Assembly (NCBI GenBank): GCA_963747235.1
Contig: CAVVEU010000024.1
Location: forward strand, 576,001-640,000
DNA: 64,000 nt
Direction: 5' to 3'
DNA from: an uncultured Candidatus Rokubacteria bacterium
GTDB lineage: Bacteria > Methylomirabilota > Methylomirabilia > Rokubacteriales > CSP1-6
Both the position numbers and the translations under genes were made by a program. The notes below the pieces were generated by a model, which was given only the letters and a program-made list of their open reading frames with translations, did not search any database and was not told where the DNA came from. Positions 30,130 through 40,794 of the stretch are shown here, piece by piece (within the stretch, counting starts at the first letter, position 1; the number at the start of each line of letters is the position of its first letter).

Positions 30130-31121
30130 TCAGGCGAAGGCGGGCAGCACTTCCCGGGACAGCAGCTCCAGCTCGCGCATGATGTGCCGATGCGGCATGC
30201 CGGGGAAGAAGACCCGGCAGATGAGATGGGTCATGCCGTACTCGTCGACGAAGGGCCGGAGCGCGCGGATGACTTGCTCGGGCCCGCCGATGAGGAAGCG
30301 ATTCTTCATCAGCCCGTCGAGATCGGTGGCGATGGAGGCGTCGATGAACGGATGCCGCCAGCCCCCCGCGTACTCCTTGCGGTACGAGATCATGATGTGC
30401 TTCTCGGCCAGCTCGCGCGCCTCCCGGTCGGTGTCGGCGATGATGACGTCGCGGGTGAGCGGCCACTCGGTGATCGGCTCCGTCCGCCCCGCCGCCTTCC
30501 GGTTGGCCAGGAACTGCTGCTTGCCCGCGAGCAGGCGGGGCAGGTCCGCGGTGGGCCCCGGGATCCAGTTGTCGGCCAGGGTGGCGGCGCGGCGCAGGGT
30601 GATGTCGCCCCATCCGCCGATCCAGACCGGGGGATGCGGGCGCGTGATGGACTTGGGCTCGAGCCGGCCCGTCACCTTGTAGTACGTGCCCCTGGAAGGA
30701 CACCGTCTCCTGGGTCCACAGGGCCTTCATGATCGCGAGCTGCTCCTCGAAGCGCGCGCCGCGCTTCGCGAGCTCGGCGTCGTAGAGGGCGAACTCGTCC
30801 GGCTTGTAGCCGATGGCGATGCCGAGCACGAAGCGCCCGTCCGACATCACGTCCAGCATGGCCGCGTCCTCCGCGAGCCGGACCGGATGGTAGAACGGCG
30901 CCACCAGGATGTCGGTGCCCAGCCGCATGCGGGTGGTCCGCGTCGCGAAGCCCGCGAGCACCGGCAGCGGGCGAGGGCCAGTAGTGATCGGTGACCGAGT
31001 GGTGCTCCTCCATCCACACCGAGTCGAAGCCCAGCTCCTCGGCGCGCGTGACCTCCTCGAGCGCCTCCCGGTAGTAGTGCCCGCCCTCGATGGGGATGAA
31101 GCCGACTTCGAGGCGCGCCAC
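30130..31121 (-). CDS. LLM-class flavin-dependent oxidoreductase (frameshifts near 30970 and 30690)
   Basis: AEELGFDSVWMEEHH, HPVRLAEDAAMLDVMSDGRF, PPVWIGG. Confidence 0.88.
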
Positions 31122-31128
31122 GATCGCG

Positions 31129-31314
31129 CTACTTATCGCTCGCCAGCTTGCCGTTCACGCCCCAGTTCGTCTTCTCGATGTCCTGGAACACGATGTGCAC
31201 CTGGTCGGCGGTGGTCTTGCCGATCTTGACCATCGCGTCGGTGATGGCGGCGGTGATCTCGCGCTTCTGCTGGTCGGTGCGGCCGGCGTACCACTGGACG
31301 GTGATGTTGGGCAT
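31129..31314 (-). CDS. 4-oxalocrotonate tautomerase family protein
   Basis: N-terminal Pro (MPNITV), GRTDQQKR, NWGVNG; GAGGAG RBS. Confidence 0.92.
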   Translation of the reverse strand: MPNITVQWYAGRTDQQKREITAAITDAMVKIGKTTADQVHIVFQDIEKTNWGVNGKLASDK

Positions 31315-31337
31315 CGGAGTCTCCTCGCTGGTCGGGG

Positions 31338-31670
31338 TTACTTGAGTCGCCGCAGGTCGTCGGGGAAATTGGACGTGAACGAGTAGGACCGGACGAGGCC
31401 GTCGGCGTTGAAGCGCACGATGAGGTCCTTGCTGACCGCGCTCGCGCCCAGGCGCTGCACGTAGAGCCATCGCCAGGTCGAATCGCCGTTCTCGAAGCCG
31501 ACCTGGTAGGGCTCGCCGAGCATCCGCTGGAGCCCCCAGCGATCGCTCCGGCCCGCGACGATCCAGTGCGCGTCGGGCGAGGGGAACTCGCGGCCGATCC
31601 TGATCGACATGCAGCCGGCGAAGAGACCGAGCGCGACCAGACATACCAGTAGCGACCCGGGCGCGCGCAT
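31338..31670 (-). CDS. Small lipoprotein, SmpA/BamE-like fold
   Basis: Lipobox LFAGC; LGEPY, WRWLY, LIVRFNADGLV. Confidence 0.65.
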   Translation of the reverse strand: MRAPGSLLVCLVALGLFAGCMSIRIGREFPSPDAHWIVAGRSDRWGLQRMLGEPYQVGFENGDSTWRWLYVQRLGASAVSKDLIVRFNADGLVRSYSFTSNFPDDLRRLK

Positions 31671-31677
31671 GGCGCGG

Positions 31678-31706
31678 AGTATGAATCCGGCCAGGTACTT
31701 TGTCAA
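31678..31706 (-). promoter_or_regulatory. Sigma70-type promoter (probably leaderless)
   Basis: Minus strand TTGACA-17 nt-CATACT, 7 nt before the ATG at 31670. Confidence 0.6.
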
Positions 31707-31816
31707 CGATTCGCGCGGTTGCACGTCGCGCGATACGACGGCGTGGACGGCGGCGGAAATTCGCCGGCTGGTGCGAGTACTGACGAGAGCGGCCGAGAAG
31801 CTCGACGGCTAGGCGC

Positions 31817-32053
31817 TCATGCCCTGAGGCCTTGGTCAAGCACTCTCGCCAATTCGGTGCACGTGATGTTCTGTACGGCCATCTTGCCGTCACTGTCCCG
31901 GGTGAAGATGACCGTGACGCTCGTGCCGGACGGGAATGACTCCAGGATCAGTCCTTCCGGGAGCGGGATTCTCTCCCGGTCACTCAGCACGATACAATCC
32001 GCGTGCTGTGCCTCGAGAATGCCTAGGATCACCCCTGCCGTCGTCGCGCTCAT
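31817..32053 (-). CDS. Small hypothetical beta-rich protein
   Basis: 78-aa ORF in a lower-GC segment; alternating hydrophobic pattern (SVTVIFTRD). Confidence 0.5.
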   Translation of the reverse strand: MSATTAGVILGILEAQHADCIVLSDRERIPLPEGLILESFPSGTSVTVIFTRDSDGKMAVQNITCTELARVLDQGLRA

Positions 32054-32210
32054 GCTAAGACTATGGACGATCTGGACGGAGAGGGGCTAGTGCAATAGGG
32101 AACAGTTCCTCCGTTTCCTGCGGTTTGGCGGGCGCATGGCGCGGACGGCGGCCCGGACCCGCCGACGGCCCAACCCGCGGCCTCTTGACCGGAGGTGCTA
32201 CCATGCCGGC

Positions 32211-33789
32211 GTGGACACGTTCACCCCCGACGAGCGGCGTGCTCTGGCGCCCTATTTCACCGAGCTCGACGGCCCCGTCTTCGCCCTCGTCAACCTACCG
32301 GAGGTGGTCAAGGGCGCCCTGTTCGCCCGCTACTCCCGCTCCGCCAAGTCCCTGCGGCGACTCTTCCTCGACGAGTTCCTGGAGCAGGCCGAGCTTCCCG
32401 CGGGCGCCCGCTCCATCGGGACCACGCGCGCCGACCAGCTCTACGAGCGCGTCTTGAGCGAGTACGGCGACGATTCGGTCGCGCAGCTCGGCGGCGTGCA
32501 CCTGGCCTGCGAGGGCGCGTCCAATATCCTGACCAAGGTGCTCGAGTGGGGGCGGCTCATGGCCTATCTCGAGCAATCCACCCGCTACGTGCCCTACACG
32601 GACCGGCCGGACGGGCGATGGAAGTATCACGTGCCCGCGGAGCTCGACGGCCACCCGCTGCGCGCGCGCTACGTGGAGACGCTCGATCGCGCGTTCGAGA
32701 CCTACGCGCGCTGGATCGATCCGATGCGGGAGTACTGGACGCGGCGCGTTCCCCAAGCCCGCCGCGGACAGCGACGCCGCGTACCGCATGACGATCCGGG
32801 CCAAGGCGCTCGACAGTCTGCGCGGGCTCCTGCCCGCGGCCACGCGGTCGAACGTGGGCATCTTCGGCACCGGCCAGGGCTACGAAGCCCTCCTGCTCCG
32901 CATGCGCGCGCACCCGCTGCGCGAGGTCCGCGACTACGCCGATCTCATGCTCGTCGAGCTGCGCAAGGTCATCCCCGCCTTCCTGAAGCGCCTGGAGCGC
33001 CCGGAGCGGGGCGGGGTCTGGTCGCGCTATCTGGCCGAGAACGCCGAGGCCGTCGCGGCGGTGGCGGCCCGCGTGCTCGACGGCATCGAGCCCGAGTCCC
33101 GGCCGGAGGTCACGCTCACCGACTGGGATCCGGACGGCGAGGTGAAGGTGATCGCGGCCGCGCTCTACGCGGCCTCCCGCCTGCCGGACGACCAGCTCCT
33201 GGCGGTGGCGCGCAAGCTCGGCCCCGAGGAGCGGCGCCAGGTCCTGGAGGCCTACGTCGGCCGGCGGGAGAACCGGCGCCACAAGCCCGGGCGCGCCTTC
33301 GAGCGCACCGTCTATCGCTTCGACGTGCTCGGCGACTACGGCGCCTTCCGGGACCTGCAGCGGCACCGGCTGCTCACCCTCGAGTGGCAGCCGCTCTCGA
33401 CCCGGCACGGCCACGTGACACCGGACGAGCTCGGCGACGCGGGCGTGCTTCCGGAGTGGACGCGCGTGATGGAGGACTCCGCCGCGCTCCACGACGCGCT
33501 GGCCGCCGAGACGCCCGCGGTCGCGCCGTACGCGGTGGCCATGGCCTACCGCGTGCGCTTCTACATGGAGCTGAACGCGCGCGAGGCGATGCACATGATC
33601 GAGCTGCGCACCGCGCCGCAGGGGCATCCGGCCTACCGGCGCATCTGCCAGGCGATGCACCGTCTCATCGCGGAGCAGGCCGGGCATCGGGCGCTCGCGG
33701 CGGCCATGCGCCACGCGGATCACTCGGGCGCGGAGGGCGGCCGGCTCGACGCGGAGCGCGCCGCGGAGCAGCGGCGCGGGAAGAGCTGA
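32211..33789 (+). CDS. thyX: FAD-dependent thymidylate synthase, tandem-domain type (frameshift near 32750)
   Basis: GALFARYSRS, YGDDSVAQL, EQSTRY, FRDLQRHR, ELRTAPQGH. Confidence 0.88.
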
Positions 33790-33816
33790 CCGGCGGCGGG
33801 GTCCCGCCCGCCCGGT

Positions 33817-36800
33817 CTACTGCCCGCTGATCGTGACCCGCGTGGTCGCGCCGTCCACCCGGACCGCGGCGGCGCCGGCGGCGATGGACACGGTGTTGCC
33901 GGCCGCGTTCTTGATCGGGTTCGTGATGGACACGTTGGCGGCCAGCGCGCCTCCGGAGAGCCGCACCGGGATGCCGCCGATGATCGTGCAGGGGCACAGC
34001 GTGTTGCTCACGCGTGACCGTGCTGCCGGACCCGCCGAAGGAGAGCAGCGCCCCGCTGATGTTGACCACCGAGCCGCCCGCCGCGAAGAGCAGGGTTCCG
34101 CCGGTGACCGAGATCAGGCTGCCGTTGGCCACGCTCAGGAGATTGCCGGTCACGCCGAGATAGCTGCCGCCCGCCACGTTGACCAGCGAGGCGTTGGTGA
34201 CGGTGATCCGGCTGCCGTCGAGCGCGATGACCGGCGCGGTCGCGTTCAGCTTCGCCCGCGAGGTCAGGTCGATCGCGTTGCTGGTCGTGGTGAGCCCGCC
34301 CGCCACCGCGCCGTTGTTCCGCAGGCTCAGCAGCGGCGCGCTGGCCTGGAGCAGAGCCACGTCCAGGCGCACCGCCCGCTGGGTGGTCGCGGTGGCGCCG
34401 ACCGACTCGAACAGGGAGCCGGCGGCCTGGATCGGCTCCTCGGTGCCGAGCAGCAGCCCGCTCACCGGATCGATCGCGGTGGCGGTGCCGGAGAGCCGGT
34501 AGATGTTGCCGGCCGCGCCGAACTGGTGGGTGCCGCCGGTGAGCGAGAGCAGCGGCGCGCTCGAGCCGATCACCACGACGCGCCCGCCGCCCAGGGCCCG
34601 CACGAAGTCGCCTACCGCGGTGATGTCGGTGCCGGTCGTGTCGAGGAGGCCACCCGCGAGGGTCGCGGTGCCCGCGGTGTTCACCAGGACCGCGCTGGTC
34701 GCCGCGCCGAGCGTGAGCGAGCCGCCCGAGAGGCTGAGGAGGCGCGTGGTCGTCGCGTCGGTCAGCGTCCCGCTGGTGGACACCTCGACCAGCGCGTTCC
34801 CGGTGAGCGAGAGCGCGGTGCCGGTGGCGCTCAGCACCGGGCCGGCCAGGGCGGCCTGCGATCCCACGCCGTTCACCACGAAGAGCTGATCGCCCGCCGC
34901 GTTGCCGATGTTGACGGTGCCGGCGGAGAAGGCGAGCAGCGGCCCCGCGCCCGTGTCGGTGAGCCGGCCGCCCGACGTGATGCTGACGAGATCGTCGGTC
35001 AGGGTCAGGGTGCCGCCGGTGCGGCTGAGCGCGGGGCCGTTCAAGGCTGAGCCGGCCGTTCGCGGTGGAGACCAGCACGCCGCTGCGCGCCGCGACCGCG
35101 CCGCCGCTCGAGATCGAGCAGCGCGGCGGTGCCGGTGTCGGTGAGCGTGCCCGAGACGCTCACGAGGTCGCCGGTCGTGGTCACTCCGGTATTGGTGGTG
35201 CGCAGCAGGCTGCCCGCGATCTGGCTGGCGCCGGTCGAGCTGAAGACGAAGCCGGTCGCGTTGCCGAGGGCGAGCGAGCCGTCCGACAGCGCGGCGAGCG
35301 GGGCGGCGCCGCTCGCGGAGAGCACCGCGCCGGTGGAAACGTCCACGAGGGACGAGCCGGTGAGGGTGAAGGCGGTGGTGGAGGCATCGAGCAGGCCCCC
35401 GGCCAGGGTGGCGGTCGAGCCCGCGCCGGTGAGCTGGAAGAGCTGGTCGCCGGAGCCGTTGCCGACGTTCACCGTCGCGCCCGAGAAGCCGAGCAGCGCG
35501 CCGGCCCCCGCGCTCGTGAGGCGGCCGCCCGCGGAGATGTTGACGAGATCGTCGGTCACGGTCAGAGTGCCGCCGGCGCGGCCGAGCGCGGGCCCGTTCA
35601 GGCCGAGCTGACCGCTCGCCGACGAGAGCGCGAGGCCGTTGCGCGCCGAGACCGCGCCGCCGGTGAGGTCGAGCAGCGCGGCGGTGCCGGTGTCGGTGAG
35701 CGACCCGGACACGGTCACGAGGTTGCCGGTGGTGGTGACGTCGGCGCCGGTGGTGCGGAGCAGGCTCCCGCCGACCGTGCTGGGGCTGGTCGAGCTCACG
35801 AGGAAGCCGGTGCCGCCGCCCAGGTTCAGCGTGCCGCCCGAGAGGGCGGTGAGCGGCGCCGCGGCGGGCGCGGTGAGCGTCGCGCCGCTCGAGACCTCGA
35901 CGAAGGACGCGCCGGTCAGCGTGAACGTGGTCGCGGAGGCGTCGAGCAGCGCACCGGCCAGCGTCGCCGCCGATCCGGCTCCGGTGACCACGAAGAGCTG
36001 GTCGCCGCTGCCCACATTGACGGTGGCGCCCGAGAAGCCGAGCAGCGCGCCGGTCCCCGCGCTCGTGAGCCGCGCGCCCCCGGAGATGTTGAAGAGATCG
36101 TCGGTGGTGGCCAGGGTGCCCCCCGAGCGGGCGAGCGCGGGGCCATTCAGGGTGAGCCGGCCGTTCACGGTGGAGACCAGGACGCCATTGCGGGCCGCCA
36201 CCGCGCCGCCGTCGAGATCGAGCAGCGGCGCCGTGCCGGTGTCGGTGAGTGTGCCCGACACGCTGACGAGGTCGCCGGTGGTGGTGATGCCGGTACTGGT
36301 GGTGCGCAGCAGGCTGCCCGCGATCTGGCTGGCCCCGGTCGAGCTGATGGCGAAGCCGGTCGCGCTGCCGAGGGCGAGCGAGCCGCCCGACAGCGTGGCG
36401 AGCGGGCCGGCGCCGGTCGCGGTGAGGACCGCGCCGGTGGAGACGTCCACGAGGGACGAGCCGGTGAGGGTGAAGGCCGTATTGGAGCTCTCGAGCAGCC
36501 CGGCGCCGAGCGTCGCGGCCGAGCCGGCGCCGGTGAGCTGGAAGAGCTGGTCGCCGCTGCCGTTGCCCGCGTTGACGGTGGTGTCCGTGAAGCGCAGCAG
36601 CGCGTTGGCGCCGCCCGCGACGAGCCGCCCGCCCGCCGAGACGTTCAGGAGGTCGTCGGTCGTGACGAGCGTGTTGCCGGCGCCGGACCGGTCCAGGAAC
36701 GCGCCGCCCAGCGTGAGCACGCCCGTCGCCGACGACACCACGCCCAGGTTCCGCGCGCGCACGTCGCCGCCGCTCAGCGAGAGGAGCGGGGTGGCGGTCG

Positions 36801-38388
36801 TGCTCGTGAGCGGACCGGACACGCTCAGGAGATTGCCGGGCGCCGCGATCCCCGCGTTGATGTCGGTGCCGCTCGTGGAGAGCAGGCCGCCGCCCAGCGT
36901 GGACGCGGTCGTCGAGCTGAACAGGAAGCCGGTGGCCGCGCCATTCAGCACCAGCGCGCCGCCGGTCAGGTTGACCAGGCTGGCGCCGGCCACATCCAGC
37001 GCCGCGCCCGTCGTCACCTCGACCAGGGAGGTGCCGGTGAGGCTCACGGTGGAGCCGGTCGCGTCGAGGAGCGCGCCCCCGAGGCTGAGCCGCGAGCCCG
37101 CCCCGGTCAGCTCCAGCAGCCGGTCGCCCGTCCCGTTGCCGACGCCGAGCGTGGCGCCCGAGAGGCTGAGGAGGGGCGCGTCCGCGGGTCCGACGAGGCG
37201 GCCACCGCCGGTGACCCGGAGGAGATCGTCGGTGGTGGTGGCGCCGCCGCCCACGGCCTCGAGGAGCGGGCCGCCGGTCAGCGTCAGGCTCCCGGTCTGG
37301 ACCAGCGCCAGCGTGCGCGAGGCCAGCGTGCTCGACTGCAGCGCGACGAACGGGCCCGCCGCGCCGGCGGTGAGGGTGCCGGTGACGTCCACGACTTCAT
37401 TGGTGACCGTGACCGTGCTGCCGGTCGCGCTCGCGAGGCTCGAGGCGAGCGTGCTGGTGGCCGCGGCCGGCACGTTGAGGAGATCGCCCGTGACGGTGGC
37501 GGTCTGGTTGGTCCAGCTCTGGATCGGCGGCGGCGGGGGCGTCACCGGAACCGCGGCCATCGCGGGAGTGCCTGGCACGACGGGTGACGTCACCGGCGCC
37601 TGCGTCGGGCTCTGCATGCCGGCCGCGGTCTGGGGGACCGGCGCGTCGGTCACCGCGAGCATCTCGACCTGGTCGCCGCCGGTGCCGTCGCCGCTGATCA
37701 GCCGCGCCAGCAGCACCGCCTTCGCCTGCTCCTGGGCCACCACCTCTGCGGGCGCGCTGAGCTCCGCCACGCGGAGGCTCAGGTAGTCGGCGGTGAGCCG
37801 ATCGCGGGTGGCGTCGTCCAGGCCGCGCGGGGTGCCGACCACGGACCCGGTGACGGTCAGGCTGGCGGGCGCCTGCAGCCGCTGCCACGCGGTCGGGTTG
37901 GCGTGGGCAGCCACGTCGAGCGCCCCGGTCAGGACGTGGAAGTGCGTGACCGCGCCCTGTGTCTCGACGACGATCGTGGTGCCGCGTACCGCGGCCACCG
38001 CGTTCGGCGTGCGGACCAGGACCGTCTCGCCCGGGCGTAGCCGGGACCGCGCGACGCTGAACGCGATGCCGCCGGCCTTCAGATCCACCGCCGCCTGGGT
38101 CGCGTCTTCCGTGATGCGCAGGACCGACAGCTCGCGGACCGTCAGCACCGCCTTGCGCTCGAGCAGCATGCGCACGAAGGAGCGCTCGGCGGTCCGGATC
38201 GTGTCCGCGCCGAAGACACCGTCCTTGAACCGCAGCGGGGTGGGGGTCTCGCCGGGGGCGCTGGCCGTCCGGGTCGCCCGGCCGGCCAGGGTGGTGACCA
38301 CGCCGACCGGCTCCTGGGCCATTCCGAGGCCCGGGCAGGCCAGGAGGGCCACGCCGACTGCCAGTGCCCATCGCCGCACGGTGCTCAT
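33817..38388 (-). CDS. Giant secreted FecR-domain protein with G/T/A/L-rich beta-solenoid repeats (~1500 aa; frameshifts near 35107, 35043, 34012)
   Basis: Signal peptide (..GLGMA-QEP), FecR-like DTIRT...VRTPNAVAAVRGT, then about five ~185-aa repeats; consistent codon bias across the joined frames. Confidence 0.8.
34600..37150 (-). repeat. Intragenic tandem repeats, period about 550-570 nt
   Basis: GD(Q/R)L(F/L) anchor recurs near 37111, 36541, 35992, 35437 and 34880. Confidence 0.8.
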
Positions 38389-38402
38389 GCGTCCCTCTTT
38401 AC

Positions 38403-38417
38403 GCAACGTCTGTGCCG
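38403..38417 (-). promoter_or_regulatory. Sigma54-type promoter for the FecR-repeat gene
   Basis: Minus strand CGGCAC-AGACG-TTGC; IHF-like ACTCAAGATATTG at 38420-38432. Confidence 0.55.
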
Positions 38418-38640
38418 AGACTCAAGATATTGAAATCATGGAGATCTGAGTCCGAGGATCGAGCGAGAAAACCCTCACTTCCTGAGGTGTCAGCCACAAA
38501 TTTCGATGGAGGGGCGCTATGGTGACGCCACCATGTTCGGCGACCTGACACCAGGGGCCACGCCCAGGTCGCCGGGCGCAGGCGTTCCGCAAGAGCCTGG
38601 AAAATATGACGATCGGGCCGACGCGATGCGGTGGCCTCCG

Positions 38641-38655
38641 TGGCACCCGGGTTGC
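38641..38655 (+). promoter_or_regulatory. Sigma54-type promoter for the HExxH lipoprotein
   Basis: TGGCAC-CCGGG-TTGC matches the -24/-12 consensus. Confidence 0.6.
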
Positions 38656-38668
38656 CTTGCTAGGGGGT

Positions 38669-38992
38669 ATGGCAACGAAGGGGATCCGGGCGGTGATCGC
38701 GGGAATCGGACTGGCGCTGGCCTCCACGGGGTGCGCGAGCCACGGCCCGTACCTCAGCACGGGGCAGACCCAGCTCGGCGGTTCTCCCCACCAGATCGGC
38801 CCGGTCACGGTGGTGATCCGTCCGCAGCCCGAGGTGGAGATGATCTGCCGGCTCCGGAGCCCGCAATCGGCGCCCACCGGCCGGATCCACGGCTGCTACG
38901 TGCCCGCCGACCGGACGATCATCTCGACCGCGGACCCGTACGTGCTGATGCACGAGTTCAAGCACCACTTCGAAGGCGCCTGGCACCAGTAG
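38669..38992 (+). CDS. Small lipoprotein with C-terminal HExxH zincin-like motif
   Basis: LASTGC lipobox-like; VLMHEFKHHFEGAWH. Confidence 0.65.
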   Translation: MATKGIRAVIAGIGLALASTGCASHGPYLSTGQTQLGGSPHQIGPVTVVIRPQPEVEMICRLRSPQSAPTGRIHGCYVPADRTIISTADPYVLMHEFKHHFEGAWHQ

Positions 38993-39014
38993 TCCCCGCT
39001 TCCCGCCCGGTCGC

Positions 39015-39076
39015 TTGACGCGGCCGCGGTCCCGCCGCATACTCCGAACCGGATAATTGGTCGACCGACCAATTAT
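39015..39076 (+). promoter_or_regulatory. Sigma70 promoter and palindromic TetR operator
   Basis: TTGACG-17 nt-CATACT; perfect 11-2-11 inverted repeat ATAATTGGTCG-AC-CGACCAATTAT (39053-39076). Confidence 0.8.
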
Positions 39077-39106
39077 AGTCGTCCGGCACATGAACGGAGG
39101 CGCGGC

Positions 39107-39715
39107 GTGTCCCCCAAGCTCGGCATGGCCCCGGTGCGACGCGAGCAGATCGTCCGCGCCACCATCCGATGCCTCGCCCGCGATGGCTACGCCGGTCTCA
39201 CCATGAAGCGCGTGGCCGCCGAGGCGGCGGTGAGCCAGGGCATCCTCCACTACTACTTCCGCGACAAGGCGGCGATGCTGGCCGCGGCGGCCCGCCGCGT
39301 GACCGTCGACCTCGACCGTCGCGTCGCCACCGAGTCGCGCGGGGCCCGGACCGCGCGGGAGCGGCTGCGCGCCGTCATCCGCGCGTGCCTGCGCACCGCG
39401 GCGGACAATCGCGATTTCTGGACCGTGTTCATCGAGTTCTGGGGCGAGGCCTTCCACGAGCGGCGGCTGGCCGCGGTCAACCGGCAGGCGTACGCGCGCG
39501 CCCGGCGCCTCATCGCCGGGGGCCTGGCCCGGGGCGTCGCGGCCGGCGAGTTTCGCCGGATCAACGTGGAGGACGCCGCGGTGGTGGTGCTGGCCGTCCT
39601 CGACGGCCTCTCGCTCCAGCTCACGTTCGACCACGGATTGATGACGGTGCCGCGCGCGGCGCGCGTCGCCGAGACCGTGCTCTTCCGTTACCTCGCCAAT
39701 GGAGACCCGACATGA
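39107..39715 (+). CDS. TetR family transcriptional regulator (BetI-like)
   Basis: RREQIVRA..GLTMKRVAAEAAVSQGILHYYFRDK HTH; GGAGG RBS. Confidence 0.92.
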   Translation: MSPKLGMAPVRREQIVRATIRCLARDGYAGLTMKRVAAEAAVSQGILHYYFRDKAAMLAAAARRVTVDLDRRVATESRGARTARERLRAVIRACLRTAADNRDFWTVFIEFWGEAFHERRLAAVNRQAYARARRLIAGGLARGVAAGEFRRINVEDAAVVVLAVLDGLSLQLTFDHGLMTVPRAARVAETVLFRYLANGDPT

Positions 39716-40299
39716 CCATGCCGCCCGAACACGCGAAAGCCAAGGCCTACCTGCTCGAGCAGGGCACCCGGGCCCCCGTCGCCCAGATCCGCGAGCGCGT
39801 CGCCGACGCCTTCGCCGCACTGGAGAGCCTGCTGGACGGTGTCACGGAGAGCCAGGCTCACCGGGCGCCCGGCGCCGGCGAATGGAGCGTGCACGAGATC
39901 CTGGACCACCTGGTGGCGACGCATCCGCTGGCGCTCGCGGAGATGCGCGCGCTGCTCGAGGGCCGCCACTCGCCGGTGAGCCCCATTCCGGCCGGGCTCC
40001 AGTCCGCCGACCCCGCCGCGCGACGGTGGGACGACCTGCGGGGCGAGCTGCGGCGCCTCCACGCGGACGTGCTCGACGTCCTGGGGAAGGCGCCCGACCG
40101 CATGACGGACGTGCGCGCGCCCATCATCATGGTGATCAACACGCGGCAGGCCGACGGTCGCGTGAAGGCGATGGAGTGGGTCGAGGAGTGCGACTGGAAG
40201 GCCTGCGCCATCATCTTCCGGCTCCACGAGCTCGATCATCTGGGCCAGGCGAGACGGGCGCTCCGCGCCCTCGCGGCCCGCCGCGACGCCACAGATTGA
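39712..40299 (+). CDS. DinB/YfiT-like metal-binding protein
   Basis: WSVHEILDHL and HELDH motifs; ATGA coupling to TetR. Confidence 0.8.
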   Translation: MTMPPEHAKAKAYLLEQGTRAPVAQIRERVADAFAALESLLDGVTESQAHRAPGAGEWSVHEILDHLVATHPLALAEMRALLEGRHSPVSPIPAGLQSADPAARRWDDLRGELRRLHADVLDVLGKAPDRMTDVRAPIIMVINTRQADGRVKAMEWVEECDWKACAIIFRLHELDHLGQARRALRALAARRDATD

Positions 40300-40321
40300 C
40301 GCGCCGTGTAAACTTCACGAT

Positions 40322-40794
40322 ATGAGCCGCCGGGGCCGATTCGGAATCGGGGCGCTCCTGCTGACCGCCGTCCTGTGGGCGGGCGCGGCCCAGGCGACGG
40401 ACTTGCCGGAGCCGACCCTGCATCTCATTCCCGATCTCCGCCTCTCGATCAGCGAGGTGCCCGGCGAGGTGTCGGTGCGGCTGCCCCTGGCCGCGGACAG
40501 CCACGTGCTCTACGGGCTCCTGAGCCCCTACGTCTCGCTGGGCTCGAGCACGAGCCTGGGCGTGCCGTGGGCCGCCTCGCTGCCGCCGGGTCTCCGGCGC
40601 GACACCGACGGGCTCGAGGACGTGCGGCTGGGCGCGGGGATGGCGGTGCCGCTGTCGGGGCGCGCCCAGCTCTACGGGGAGTACCGCTTCCTGCGCGGCC
40701 GCCTCGACGCGGGCGTCGGGCGCGGCCTGCTCCAGCGCGAGCCGGACTCCGCGGATTTCCGGGCCGGCTTCTCGATCCGGCTCAACTCGACTAG
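40322..40794 (+). CDS. Small secreted outer-membrane beta-barrel-like protein (3' end uncertain)
   Basis: Signal peptide (AAQA), amphipathic strands SPYVSLG, LGAGMAVPL, LYGEYRF, FRAGFSIRL. Confidence 0.55.

Noticed and set aside
32185-32213. Leaderless start for thyX
   Set aside because: TGnTACCAT lies 6 nt before GTG 32211, but GGAGG with an out-of-frame ATG at 32203 could be the true start given the indel rate. Ambiguous.
34600-37150. CRISPR array or non-coding repeat
   Set aside because: The repeats are ~550-nt degenerate coding units, not short identical repeats with unique spacers.
33817-38388. Classical type Va autotransporter
   Set aside because: No C-terminal beta-barrel or terminal aromatic residue is visible in any frame.
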